Shown here: positions 33,716 through 43,040 of the stretch, in pieces
How positions within the stretch are numbered: the stretch's first letter is position 1
Layout of the letters: every line of letters starts with the position of its first letter
Source of the DNA: Eubacteriales bacterium
GTDB lineage: Bacteria; Bacillota; Clostridia; Oscillospirales; CAG-382
Assembly: GCA_045657425.1 (NCBI GenBank)
Contig: JAZOTA010000081.1
Coordinates: 3,504-67,503 of the forward strand
Reading direction: 5' to 3'
DNA length: 64,000 bases
Program-made: the position numbers and the translations under genes
Notes under the pieces: generated by a model
Database searches by the model: none
What the model was told of the DNA's origin: nothing
Seen by the model: only the letters and a program-made list of their open reading frames with translations

Positions 33716-33959
33716 CTCTATCCTTTAGCATTTTTATGATTTCTTCGCTTTTTTCCTTTCCTGCCGCATCTATCAGCTGCTGTGCCTCTTCACTCGTTAT
33801 AGAGGCGATTCGCCGCTTTAACATATCGGGGTTTGAAAGCATTACCTCGGTTTTAAGCTTGCTTGCACCTGCGGCAGAAGCGATACTGCGCGCAAGGGAT
33901 GAAAAGCTTTCATTGTCCATCGACAGTATTTTTTCAAGCTGTTTGCGATCGATTTCCAT
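33696..33959 (-). CDS. Small hypothetical protein
   Basis: GGAGG RBS; first gene of a three-gene cluster. Confidence 0.7.
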   Translation of the reverse strand: MEIDRKQLEKILSMDNESFSSLARSIASAAGASKLKTEVMLSNPDMLKRRIASITSEEAQQLIDAAGKEKSEEIIKMLKDRGVDVGR

Positions 33960-34014
33960 ATAAAAAATCCTCCGTTATGTAAATAAAAAATGTTCTTGAA
34001 AGGAGCCGTTTGAA

Positions 34015-34530
34015 TTGTATTTGTGCAAGCCCGAAAGAAACGTTGCGCAAACGAGATTGCTGCTTATCACCTGCGTTATCGTTACTCTTTCGATTTTCAT
34101 TGCTTCAACCGTCGTACCTGCATACAATGCCGTGGTGGAATTTTGCGGATATATTTCGCTTATGGCATCTATTTTGCTCGTCTATCGCTTTTCGATGACC
34201 GAATTTGAATATTCGGTGTCCGATTGCGATTTTACGGTTACCAAAATTGTCGGCAACAAGCGCACTCCGATGTGCTGTGTTGCGCTTGAAACGGCAATCG
34301 ACGTTTTGGAAAAAAGCGATTACGACAAGCTTCCGAGAAACGAAAAGGCCATAACCAAGTATTCGATGAACCAAAATATGTTCGCAAAAAGCTATGTTTT
34401 CCTTTGCGAATTCAACGAAAAACGTGCAATGATCGAGTTTGAACCCAATATTCAGTTCGTAATGATATTAAAAAATGCCATAAAAGATGCAAAACACCAA
34501 AGCGAAAATGGCGAAAGCAACGATATTTAA
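34015..34530 (+). CDS. Membrane protein (DUF6106-like)
   Basis: Two TMs followed by EFEYS....F.V.KI...KR and a C-terminal FEPN. Confidence 0.6.
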   Translation: MYLCKPERNVAQTRLLLITCVIVTLSIFIASTVVPAYNAVVEFCGYISLMASILLVYRFSMTEFEYSVSDCDFTVTKIVGNKRTPMCCVALETAIDVLEKSDYDKLPRNEKAITKYSMNQNMFAKSYVFLCEFNEKRAMIEFEPNIQFVMILKNAIKDAKHQSENGESNDI

Positions 34531-34622
34531 TATCATTGTATGCAAAAACGCGCAAAGGATTGCATTTTCCAAAAAAAATGATATAATATGTTTTTGTCAA
34601 ATAAACATCCAGAGGTTTTACT

Positions 34623-36065
34623 ATGTATGACGTAACAATCATCGGCGGCGGCGTTTGCGGTGCTGCCGTAGCGATGTATCTTTCTAAATATGACCTTAAG
34701 TGCTGTCTTCTCGAAAAGGAGAACGATATTGCAATGAGCACCACCCGTGCAAACAGCGGTATCGTGCACGCAGGCTATGACCCCGAGCCCGACACGCTTA
34801 TGGCTCGTCTTAACGTACGCGGCTGTGAGCTTATCGAGGAAATTTGCGAAAAGCTCAACATCCCTTACAAGAAGTGCGGCTCGATGGTAATTTCCTTCGA
34901 CTCCAAGGATGAAGCACATCTTCAAGAGCTTTACGAGCGCGGCATTGCAAACGGTGTCCGCGGTATGGAGCTTATCGGCAAGCAAGAGCTTCTTGAACGC
35001 GAGCCCAACCTTTCAAACGACGTTACCGGCGCGTTATATGCGTCCTCGGCTGCTATCGTCAACCCTTGGCGTCTTTGCCTTGGTATGGCTGAAACCGCGG
35101 CTAAAAACGGCGTTGAATTTTATCTTGACAGCGAAGTTACCGCAATTGAAAAGATTAACGGCGCATTCAAGGTAACCGCAGGCGACAAGGTTTACGAAAC
35201 CCGATTCATCATCAACGCAGCAGGTCTTTTTGCTGACAAGATTGCTGCTTTGGCAGGTGCACAGGATTTTGAGATCTTCGCATCCAAGGGACAGTATTTC
35301 CTTCTTGACAAGACCTCTTACGGACTTGTAAACACAGTTATTTTCCAATGTCCCACCGAAAAGGGCAAGGGCGTACTTATTTCCCCCACCGCAGACGGAA
35401 ATATCATTGTAGGCCCCAACGCCGAATCGAATAACGAGCGCGACGACGTTTCCACCACCCGTGATGGCTTGGATTTCGTTGCACAAGAGGCGGCAAAAAC
35501 AAGCAAGCTTGTTGACTACCGTGAAAATATCCGTTCCTTCTCGGGCTTGCGCGCAAACTCCGACAAAAAGGACTTTATTATCGGCGAATCGGCACTTTGC
35601 CGTCACTTTATAAACGTTGCAGGTATTAAATCCCCCGGTCTTTCGTCTTCGCCTGCTATCGGTGAATACGTTATCGAAATTCTTGAGGATTGCGGACTTA
35701 TTATGACCGAAAAGGCAGAATGGTCCTATCCCGATGCTCATATCTGCTTTGCAGAGCTCAGCAACGAGGAAAAGGCGGAAATCTGCAAGCGCAACCCCAA
35801 ATACGGCAACATCATCTGCCGTTGCAACGTCGTTACCGAGGGCGAAATTCTCGATGCACTCGATTCCTCTTATATCAAGCCCCGTACGCTCGACGGCATC
35901 AAGCGCCGCACCGGCACGGGTATGGGCAGATGCCAAGGCGGATTCTGCGGAGTAAGAGTTCACGAAATACTTTGCAAATATTACGGTATTGATGCCACCG
36001 AGGTCCTTTGGGACAGAAACGGCTCTAATATAGTAGCTGGAAAGGTCGGTGAAAATAATGACTAA
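34623..36065 (+). CDS. FAD-dependent oxidoreductase, GlpA/LhgO-like, with BFD-type [2Fe-2S] domain
   Basis: IIGGGVCG, TTRANSGIVHAG, NAAG, SPGLSS.PAIG, ICRC..VTEGEI, KRRT..GMGRCQGGFC. Confidence 0.9.
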   Translation: MYDVTIIGGGVCGAAVAMYLSKYDLKCCLLEKENDIAMSTTRANSGIVHAGYDPEPDTLMARLNVRGCELIEEICEKLNIPYKKCGSMVISFDSKDEAHLQELYERGIANGVRGMELIGKQELLEREPNLSNDVTGALYASSAAIVNPWRLCLGMAETAAKNGVEFYLDSEVTAIEKINGAFKVTAGDKVYETRFIINAAGLFADKIAALAGAQDFEIFASKGQYFLLDKTSYGLVNTVIFQCPTEKGKGVLISPTADGNIIVGPNAESNNERDDVSTTRDGLDFVAQEAAKTSKLVDYRENIRSFSGLRANSDKKDFIIGESALCRHFINVAGIKSPGLSSSPAIGEYVIEILEDCGLIMTEKAEWSYPDAHICFAELSNEEKAEICKRNPKYGNIICRCNVVTEGEILDALDSSYIKPRTLDGIKRRTGTGMGRCQGGFCGVRVHEILCKYYGIDATEVLWDRNGSNIVAGKVGENND

Positions 36066-37326
36066 GCACGATATAGTTATTATCGGCGCAGGTCCTGCAG
36101 GTCTTGCCGCCGCTGTTGCCGCTTACGAGGCAGGCGTTACCGATATTTTGTTGCTCGAGCGTGACTGTGAAGCAGGCGGTATTCTTAACCAATGTATCCA
36201 CAACGGCTTTGGTCTTCACCGCTTCGGTGAGGAATTAAGCGGTCCCGAATATGCAGGCAAATATATCGATATGCTCAAGAACACAAGCGTCAAGCTTCAG
36301 CTCGGCACGACGGTTCTTAACATTGAAAACAAAATCGTTTCGGCGGTTTCGGAAGCAAACGGCTTTGAACAGTTCGAGGCGAAGGCAATAATCCTTGCAA
36401 TGGGCTGCAGAGAGCGTAACCGCGGTCCTATTTCGGTTCCCGGCGACAGAGGCAAGGGCGTGTTCACCGCAGGCGCGGCACAGCGCTACCTTAACATCGA
36501 GGGTTACCTTGTAGGTAAGAAGATCGTTATTCTCGGCAGTGGCGATATCGGACTTATTATGGCAAGAAGAATGACGCTTGAAGGCGCAAAGGTTCTTGCG
36601 GTATCCGAAATTATGCCCTTCACCAACGGTCTTTCGAGAAACGTCGCTCAATGTCTTGAGGATTTCGACATTCCTCTTTATCTCTCTCATACCGTAACCA
36701 AGGTTATCGGCAAAAACTCGCTTGAGGGCATTGAAATCTCCCAAGTTGATGAAAATATGAAGCCCATTAAGGGCACCGAAAAATATTTCGAGTGCGATAC
36801 TCTTCTCCTGTCTGTTGGTCTTGTTCCCGAAAACGAGCTTACCCGTCAGGCAGGTATCGAGCTTGACGCACGCACAAGAGGTGCTTCGGTCGGCGAGGAT
36901 ATGCAAACCTCCGAGGAAGGCGTTTTCGCTTGCGGCAACGTGCTTCACGTTCACGACCTTGTTGACTACGTTTCGGCAGAAAGCGAGCGTGCAGGCAAGA
37001 GCGCGGCTAAATACGTGCTCGGCACCGCTGTGACCGAAAAGGACGCACTTAACGTAAACGGCGGACTTAACGTCGGCTATACCGTTCCCCAAAGAATCAA
37101 CCGAGTAAACGTTGAAAAGGGCGTTGATATCTTCTTCCGCGTACGCAAGAAGATCCGCGTTGGCGAAATTCGTGTTGAATCCAACGGTGAAAAGATTGCT
37201 TCCTTCAAGCGCGAATTTTTGGCGCCTGCCGAAATGGAAAAGATCACCGTGCCCAAGGTTTTGCTTGACAGAGCAAACGGCAGTATCACGGTATCTGCAA
37301 TCGAAATTGAGGAGGAAGCGAAATAA
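36058..37326 (+). CDS. Pyridine nucleotide-disulfide oxidoreductase
   Basis: IIGAGPAG, GGILNQCIHNGFG, LAMGCRER, ILGSGDIG, CGNVLHVHDLVD. Confidence 0.9.
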   Translation: MTKHDIVIIGAGPAGLAAAVAAYEAGVTDILLLERDCEAGGILNQCIHNGFGLHRFGEELSGPEYAGKYIDMLKNTSVKLQLGTTVLNIENKIVSAVSEANGFEQFEAKAIILAMGCRERNRGPISVPGDRGKGVFTAGAAQRYLNIEGYLVGKKIVILGSGDIGLIMARRMTLEGAKVLAVSEIMPFTNGLSRNVAQCLEDFDIPLYLSHTVTKVIGKNSLEGIEISQVDENMKPIKGTEKYFECDTLLLSVGLVPENELTRQAGIELDARTRGASVGEDMQTSEEGVFACGNVLHVHDLVDYVSAESERAGKSAAKYVLGTAVTEKDALNVNGGLNVGYTVPQRINRVNVEKGVDIFFRVRKKIRVGEIRVESNGEKIASFKREFLAPAEMEKITVPKVLLDRANGSITVSAIEIEEEAK

Positions 37327-37667
37327 TGAAAGAAATGATCTGCATCGTCTGTCCGCGCGGATGCCATTTGAAGATAGACGAAACGACCTTGGAGGCACAG
37401 GGCAACACCTGCCCCAGAGGTGAAGAATACGCAAAGAACGAAATCGTTTCCCCGATGCGCACGATTACCGGCTCGGTCGGTATTTCGGGCGGTATCCACT
37501 CGCGTTTGGCGGTACGCACCAACCGTGCGGTTCCCAAAAGCAAGATGTTTGAAATTATGGCGGCTCTTCACGCTTGTAAGGTTCAAGCTCCTATCAAGCG
37601 CGGCGACGTTATTATCGAAAACGTTTGCGGTACGGGTGCGAACGTTATCGCATCGCGCGATATGTAA
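37326..37667 (+). CDS. DUF1667 Cys-rich protein
   Basis: CIVCPRGC, GNTCPRG; usual third gene of this oxidoreductase trio. Confidence 0.85.
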   Translation: MKEMICIVCPRGCHLKIDETTLEAQGNTCPRGEEYAKNEIVSPMRTITGSVGISGGIHSRLAVRTNRAVPKSKMFEIMAALHACKVQAPIKRGDVIIENVCGTGANVIASRDM

Positions 37668-37672
37668 ATTAT

Positions 37673-37703
37673 AAAAAGCGAGAACTTCGGTTTTCGCTTT
37701 TTT
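37673..37703 (+). terminator. Intrinsic terminator
   Basis: AAAAGCGAGAAC-TTCG-GTTTTCGCTTTTTT. Confidence 0.8.
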
Positions 37704-37719
37704 GTTTTGCGAAATTATG

Positions 37720-37748
37720 TTGATATATAGCGAATTGTGTGATATAAT
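37720..37748 (+). promoter_or_regulatory. Sigma-A promoter of the cotH-like operon
   Basis: TTGATA-N17-TATAAT with TG extension. Confidence 0.65.
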
Positions 37749-37837
37749 TCATTCTGTGTAATAATATATAAGATTTAGGAATAATATTTTGTGACAAAAT
37801 ACGTAATTTTACGTCTTTTGTAACGAGGTGTATAAAT

Positions 37838-40800
37838 ATGTCAAACAAAAGGATTTCGACAAGAACAAAAAAGGAAATAATGATCGCAATATTGCTTACG
37901 GCGTGTCTGCTGCTCGGCTTTGTTGTGATGCTTGTTGTCGAGGATAAGGTAGGTACGCCGATATTCTACGACGGCGAAATGAAAAACATAAACGTTGTTA
38001 TTAACGAAATTTGCTCGAGCAATAAATCGATAATCGCAACCGACGGTGGCGAATATCCCGACTATATCGAGTTTTACAACAAGGGCGAAACCTTTAACCT
38101 TGCCGATTTCGGTTTGGCAAACGATACGAACAATAACGTAGAGTACACATTCGGCGATTATATTTTCGAATCGGGCAGTTATCTTATCGTTTATCTCGAC
38201 GGAGTAAACGTGCCCTTCCGCCTTAATTCAAACGGAGAAGAATATATCTCGCTGATTTCGTGGGACGGCACTGTTATCGACAGCGCAACCACCGTTAAAA
38301 CAAACAGCGATAACGTAATGCTTCGCACCAAGGACGGCTTTGAGGTTTCCGACCTTGCATCGCCCGGATATCCCAACACAGAAGAGGGTGTGCGTTTATT
38401 CCGCGCAGGCGTATTGGACGGTAGCATGGCTTTGGCGATAAACGAAATTTTCGCGGCAAACGATTCGGTATTGCCCGATTTCGAGGGTGATTATTGCGAT
38501 ATTATCGAAATCAAGAACGTTTCCTCGGCAATCGTTTCCACAAAGGGTTATTATATTTCCGACACGCAGACCGACAAATTACGTTGTGCTTTACCCGAAA
38601 AAGAGCTTGCGCCCGGTGAAATGATGCTTGTCTTTGCATCGGGCAAGGAAACAATTACCGAAAACGGCGAATTCCACGCAGATTTCAAGATTTCTGTTGA
38701 TGAAGAAATTTTCATTTCGCATGGCTCGAAATATACAAAGCAGCCTGCAACGAAATGCGAAAGCAACAATTCTCTTTCTCGCGTTAACGGCGAAAACGGC
38801 ATTGAATACGTTGAAATGTTCGCAACACCCGGATATGAAAACAACGAAAGCGGACGTGAAGAGCTTGACAATTCGCGTATCAATTCCGAATACCCGTTGG
38901 TCATCAGCGAGCTTCTGCTATCGCAGGACGGCGTACCTTACGGCGGAAAGGTTCGCGACGTTATCGAGATTTGCAACGTTTCCAAGGAAACGGTTTCGAC
39001 AAGCAGATGGTTTGTAAGCGATTCGCAGGATGACCCTTATAAATACGACCTGCCCGACCGCGACCTTGCTCCGAATGAATGTATGCTGATTTACGCAGAA
39101 AACGGCAGTGGCGAAAACGTTTGCGGCTTTGCGCTTTCCTCGGGCGAGGCGGTTTATTTGACAGGTCCCGACTTCAAGAGAAGCGAAGCGGTTTCCTGCG
39201 TGGAGGCAGGCAGAGGATTTTCGCGCAGTTATATCGTTGAAAACGGCGAAGCTATCTACGTCGATTCCGAAATAAGCATCGGCTTCGCAAACGGAAATGA
39301 CGGTGTTAAAGCATACGAAAAGGCGATCCGCCCGACCGATATTGAAATAAGCGAGGTCGTATCCTCCAACTCAAAATACCTTGCAGGTCCTTATAAGACC
39401 TATCACGATTTTGTCGAGCTTCACAACCTTACCGACAAGGAAATCGACCTTACCGGCTATTACCTTTCCGACGACCCCGAGCAGGTAAGAAAGGGTTCTC
39501 TTGACGGAGTAAAGATTCCCGCAAACGGTTACGTTTGCATCATCCTCTCGACCGACGGAGTCAACACGCCCGAGGGATATCACGTTGTCAGCTTCGGCAT
39601 CAACGCATCGGGCGAAACGCTTGTGCTTGCAAAGGGCGATACGGTGACAGACTTTGCGGTCATCCCGTCGCTCGGCAGAAACACTGCGTTCGGCAGAGCA
39701 AACGGCGAAGACGGATTTACCATCCTTGCATCGCCCACCCCTAACGAAAAAAATTCAGCCCGTGCGACCGAAACCACCGCAACTCCCCAATCCTCACTTC
39801 CACAAGGCGTTTATTCCGAGGGAATTACGGTTGAGCTTCAAGGCGACGGCGCAATATATTACACGCTCGACTGCAGTGAGCCTACTGCCGATTCGCCCTT
39901 ATACACCGAACCGATAAGGATCGACTCGACAACGGTTATCCGCTGTCTTGCGATTGAAGACGGCAAAAAGCCGAGCGGCTATACCAATTTCACCTTTATC
40001 GTTAACGAAAACGATACGCTTGAAGCGGTTTCGATAGTCACAACACCCGAAAACCTTTGGGACTATTACACCGGTATTTACGCAGACGGCCCGAATGCAA
40101 ACCCGGAGTTCCCCCACGCAGGCGCAAACTATTACAAGCGTTGGGAGCGCGAAGCAACCGTTACGTTTTTTGATAAAAACGGCGGCGGATTCGATGAAAA
40201 ATGCGGATTGCGCATTTTCGGCGGTCTTTCACGCGGATTCCCCAAAAAATCCTTTGCCGTTTTCTTCCGTAAGTCATACGGAAACGGCGAGCTTGATTAT
40301 GAGCTTTTCGAGGGCGAGTCGCTTAAGCAATTTGAATCGTTTGTTTTGCGAAACGACGGTCAGGCAATCAGATCCTCAAAAATGAAGGATGCGATGCTCG
40401 AAGACCTCGCGCACAAATATCTCGGCCTTGACACGCAAGGTACCCGCCCTGCGGTCCTGTACCTCAACGGCGAGTATTGGGGACTTTATATAATCCGCGA
40501 AAAGCTTAACGAGCATTACGTTGCAGGACATTATAACGTCGACGCAAGCGAGGTTACCGTTGCAGTCGGTCACGGCAAAACAAGCACCCAATATACCGAT
40601 TTACTTCAGTTTGCGCACACCCACGACCTGAGCATTCAAGAGCATTACGACTATATGAAGTCGCAAATGGATATTGAAAACTATATTGATTATTTTGTTA
40701 CCGAAATGATCCTCGCCAACCCCGACAACGGCAATATCCGATTTTTCACCTATGAGGGCGGAAAATGGCGTTGGATACTGTACGACGTCGACCAAGCGTT

Positions 40801-41185
40801 CACCTCACCGGGATATAATGCTGTTTCGGAGCATTTGAACCTTGCAGGCACGGGCAGCGGCAATATGTTTTCCACAAAGCTTATCAACGCTCTGCTCAAA
40901 AACCCCGAATTCAAGGATAAATTCCTCCGTGAAATAGCATATCAGCTGAACAACGTCTGGACAGTCGAAATCGTCAATTCCTACATTGACACCTACGTCG
41001 ATATGATCGATGAGGATATCGAAAAGGAATGCATCCGTTGGGACGCAAAATACAGCAACTGGGAAAAATCGCTTGAGGAAATGCGCAACTTTATCGCCAA
41101 ACGCGAAGAAAATATGATCCAGCACGTTCAGGCGTATTTTGGCCTTTCCGACGAGCAGATGCGCGACCTCGGCTTTAAAATATAA
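37838..41185 (+). CDS. Membrane-anchored CotH-family kinase with four lamin-tail domains and an FN3-associated domain
   Basis: Four I[NS]E...D.[IV]E.N lamin-tail repeats, YYTLD.SEPT, LRIFGG.SR..PKKSF, LNGEYWGLY..RE, NPD.GN, WRWILYD.D. Confidence 0.85.
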   Translation: MSNKRISTRTKKEIMIAILLTACLLLGFVVMLVVEDKVGTPIFYDGEMKNINVVINEICSSNKSIIATDGGEYPDYIEFYNKGETFNLADFGLANDTNNNVEYTFGDYIFESGSYLIVYLDGVNVPFRLNSNGEEYISLISWDGTVIDSATTVKTNSDNVMLRTKDGFEVSDLASPGYPNTEEGVRLFRAGVLDGSMALAINEIFAANDSVLPDFEGDYCDIIEIKNVSSAIVSTKGYYISDTQTDKLRCALPEKELAPGEMMLVFASGKETITENGEFHADFKISVDEEIFISHGSKYTKQPATKCESNNSLSRVNGENGIEYVEMFATPGYENNESGREELDNSRINSEYPLVISELLLSQDGVPYGGKVRDVIEICNVSKETVSTSRWFVSDSQDDPYKYDLPDRDLAPNECMLIYAENGSGENVCGFALSSGEAVYLTGPDFKRSEAVSCVEAGRGFSRSYIVENGEAIYVDSEISIGFANGNDGVKAYEKAIRPTDIEISEVVSSNSKYLAGPYKTYHDFVELHNLTDKEIDLTGYYLSDDPEQVRKGSLDGVKIPANGYVCIILSTDGVNTPEGYHVVSFGINASGETLVLAKGDTVTDFAVIPSLGRNTAFGRANGEDGFTILASPTPNEKNSARATETTATPQSSLPQGVYSEGITVELQGDGAIYYTLDCSEPTADSPLYTEPIRIDSTTVIRCLAIEDGKKPSGYTNFTFIVNENDTLEAVSIVTTPENLWDYYTGIYADGPNANPEFPHAGANYYKRWEREATVTFFDKNGGGFDEKCGLRIFGGLSRGFPKKSFAVFFRKSYGNGELDYELFEGESLKQFESFVLRNDGQAIRSSKMKDAMLEDLAHKYLGLDTQGTRPAVLYLNGEYWGLYIIREKLNEHYVAGHYNVDASEVTVAVGHGKTSTQYTDLLQFAHTHDLSIQEHYDYMKSQMDIENYIDYFVTEMILANPDNGNIRFFTYEGGKWRWILYDVDQAFTSPGYNAVSEHLNLAGTGSGNMFSTKLINALLKNPEFKDKFLREIAYQLNNVWTVEIVNSYIDTYVDMIDEDIEKECIRWDAKYSNWEKSLEEMRNFIAKREENMIQHVQAYFGLSDEQMRDLGFKI

Positions 41186-41202
41186 CGGGGAGGAAGATAA
41201 GA

Positions 41203-41871
41203 ATGGCTGAACGCAGAGAAGAAAAATATCTTATCAACTACTCGGAATATTCAATCATTTCAAACCGCATAAGGGCGCTTTTACAGCCCGATAAAAACGG
41301 CAAGAACGGCAAATATTCGATATGCTCGATGTATTTCGATGATGCCTTTGACACGGCACTTGCCGAAAAGGAAGACGGCAACGCGGTGCATATTAAATTC
41401 CGTATCCGCACCTATGACGGAAACGGTGATTTTATCCGTCTTGAACGAAAGACCAAGCGCGGAATAGTTACCGAAAAGCATTCGGCGCGTATAACAAAGG
41501 AAGAGCTTGAAAAAATTCTTTCGGGCGCACCGATAGACGAAGGAAGCGATTGCTTCGGACTCGTTGCGGAAATGCGTTCAAAGGCATTTAAGCCCGCAAT
41601 TTCGGTCAGATACGACCGCGAGGCATATTATATGCCGTCACTCGGAGTGCGAGTTACCTTTGATATCAATATCGATTCGTTACCGCCCGATGAGGAAACG
41701 CTTTTCGGCAACGTAAAACGGGCATTGCCTGCGATCGACCGCGGACAGATTATTATGGAAATTAAATATTCCGACCGCTGTCCGTCGTTTATCCGCAAGG
41801 CGTGTGCGACAAACAGCGCGCAGCTTTCGGTTTCAAAATACGCACTTTGCAGAAATGCACCGACGATATAA
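41203..41871 (+). CDS. VTC-domain (polyphosphate polymerase / CYTH-like) protein
   Basis: R.EEKY, S.YFD, KFRIRTY, LERK.K, YDREAY, RVTFD, EIKY, SKY. Confidence 0.88.
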   Translation: MAERREEKYLINYSEYSIISNRIRALLQPDKNGKNGKYSICSMYFDDAFDTALAEKEDGNAVHIKFRIRTYDGNGDFIRLERKTKRGIVTEKHSARITKEELEKILSGAPIDEGSDCFGLVAEMRSKAFKPAISVRYDREAYYMPSLGVRVTFDINIDSLPPDEETLFGNVKRALPAIDRGQIIMEIKYSDRCPSFIRKACATNSAQLSVSKYALCRNAPTI

Positions 41872-41890
41872 CTTTTAAAGGAGAAACAAA

Positions 41891-42556
41891 ATGAGTATTT
41901 TAGATGCAATAAAAAAGAGTGTTCTGGAGGGATTTTCTTCCGAAATAACCCTTGCCGACATTATCATTTCGCTTATCGTAGCGTTTCTTTCGGGACTTTT
42001 TATTCTGATCGTCTACCGCCTTACCCTGCGCGGTGTTTCGAGAAACAGAACCTTTGAGGCAACCCTGCTTCTCGTTACCCCCGTTTCGGCAATGATAGTT
42101 CTTACCATTACCTCGAACCTTGCGCTCTCGCTCGGTATGGTCGGTGCTCTTTCGATAATCCGTTTCCGTACCGCTCTCAAGGATTCAAGCGACACTGCAT
42201 TTATGTTCTGGGCGGTTGCGGCAGGTATCACCGCAGGCGCACACTTTTACAAGATCACGGTAATCGGCTGTCTTTTCATCGGTCTTGCCGCTTTCATCGT
42301 AATCAAGCTCACCTCGACCGGCGCACGCCCCTATCTTCTTGTTGTACGTGCAAACAGCGACAAGGCAATCGATTACACCGCACGTCTTCTTAACGAGAAC
42401 AACATAAAGAACCGCCTTTCGTCGCTCGTCGACAACGGCGATTACAGCGAGGTTATTTACGAAATCGCGCTCCGTGGCAACCACCAAAAGCTTACGGGCG
42501 CGCTCAAAAACCTCCCCGACGTTATAAGCGTTTCGCTCGTTGACTGCAGAAATTAA
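41891..42556 (+). CDS. DUF4956 membrane protein
   Basis: SNLALSLGMVGALSIIRFRTA.KD..D..FMFWA.A.G. Confidence 0.88.
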   Translation: MSILDAIKKSVLEGFSSEITLADIIISLIVAFLSGLFILIVYRLTLRGVSRNRTFEATLLLVTPVSAMIVLTITSNLALSLGMVGALSIIRFRTALKDSSDTAFMFWAVAAGITAGAHFYKITVIGCLFIGLAAFIVIKLTSTGARPYLLVVRANSDKAIDYTARLLNENNIKNRLSSLVDNGDYSEVIYEIALRGNHQKLTGALKNLPDVISVSLVDCRN

Positions 42557-42569
42557 GAAAGAAATTAAA

Positions 42570-42595
42570 AAAGAGGAGCCAAATGGCTCCTCTTT
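42570..42595. terminator. Bidirectional terminator
   Basis: AAAGAGGAGCC-AAAT-GGCTCCTCTTT. Confidence 0.75.
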
Positions 42596-42599
42596 ATCA

Positions 42600-42803
42600 T
42601 TATTTATCGTCTGTCAGCCCGACAAGATAATCGATGCTGGTTTTATAAAGCTTGGCGAGCTTTATCATTACTTCCAAGGGAACGGCTCGCTCTCCTCGCT
42701 CATATTTCGAATACAAAGATTGATCGCACATAAGATATTTTGCAACAAAGCTTTGCGTATAATCATTGTCCTCTCGCATATCGCGTATACGTAATTTCAT
42801 CAT
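42600..42803 (-). CDS. XRE-family HTH regulator
   Basis: RIRDMRED.DYTQ..VA.YL...QS.YSKYERGER..P...LA..Y.TSIDYLVG. Confidence 0.9.
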   Translation of the reverse strand: MMKLRIRDMREDNDYTQSFVAKYLMCDQSLYSKYERGERAVPLEVMIKLAKLYKTSIDYLVGLTDDK

Positions 42804-42842
42804 AATCACCTACTTCAATATACAACAAAACCTTTTTCGCTA

Positions 42843-42871
42843 TTGACAAATAGGACCATTTGTCCTATATT
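42843..42871 (+). promoter_or_regulatory. Sigma-A promoter with an embedded palindromic candidate operator
   Basis: TTGACA-N17-TATATT; ATAGGAC-CATTT-GTCCTAT palindrome at 42850-42868. Confidence 0.7.
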
Positions 42872-42892
42872 AGGTCATGGGAGGTGATTTTA

Positions 42893-43033
42893 ATGCCTGA
42901 TTATAAGAAAATGTATTTTGCGCTTTTTAATGAATTAACAGACGCTATCGAAAAACTTAAAGAGGCGCAAAGGCGTTGCGAGGAGCTTTATATTTTTTAT
43001 GAAGGCGACGATGAGGACGAAAAAGCAGATTAA
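42893..43033 (+). CDS. 46-aa acidic protein (absent from the ORF track)
   Basis: GGAGGTG RBS; MPDYKKMYFALFNELTDAIEKLKEAQRRCEELYIFYEGDDEDEKAD*. Confidence 0.75.
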   Translation: MPDYKKMYFALFNELTDAIEKLKEAQRRCEELYIFYEGDDEDEKAD

Positions 43034-43040
43034 CGGCAAG

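Noticed and set aside
34623-37667. Oxidoreductase trio as a novel system
   Set aside because: GlpA-like, pyridine nucleotide oxidoreductase and DUF1667 form a widespread conserved operon in anaerobes.
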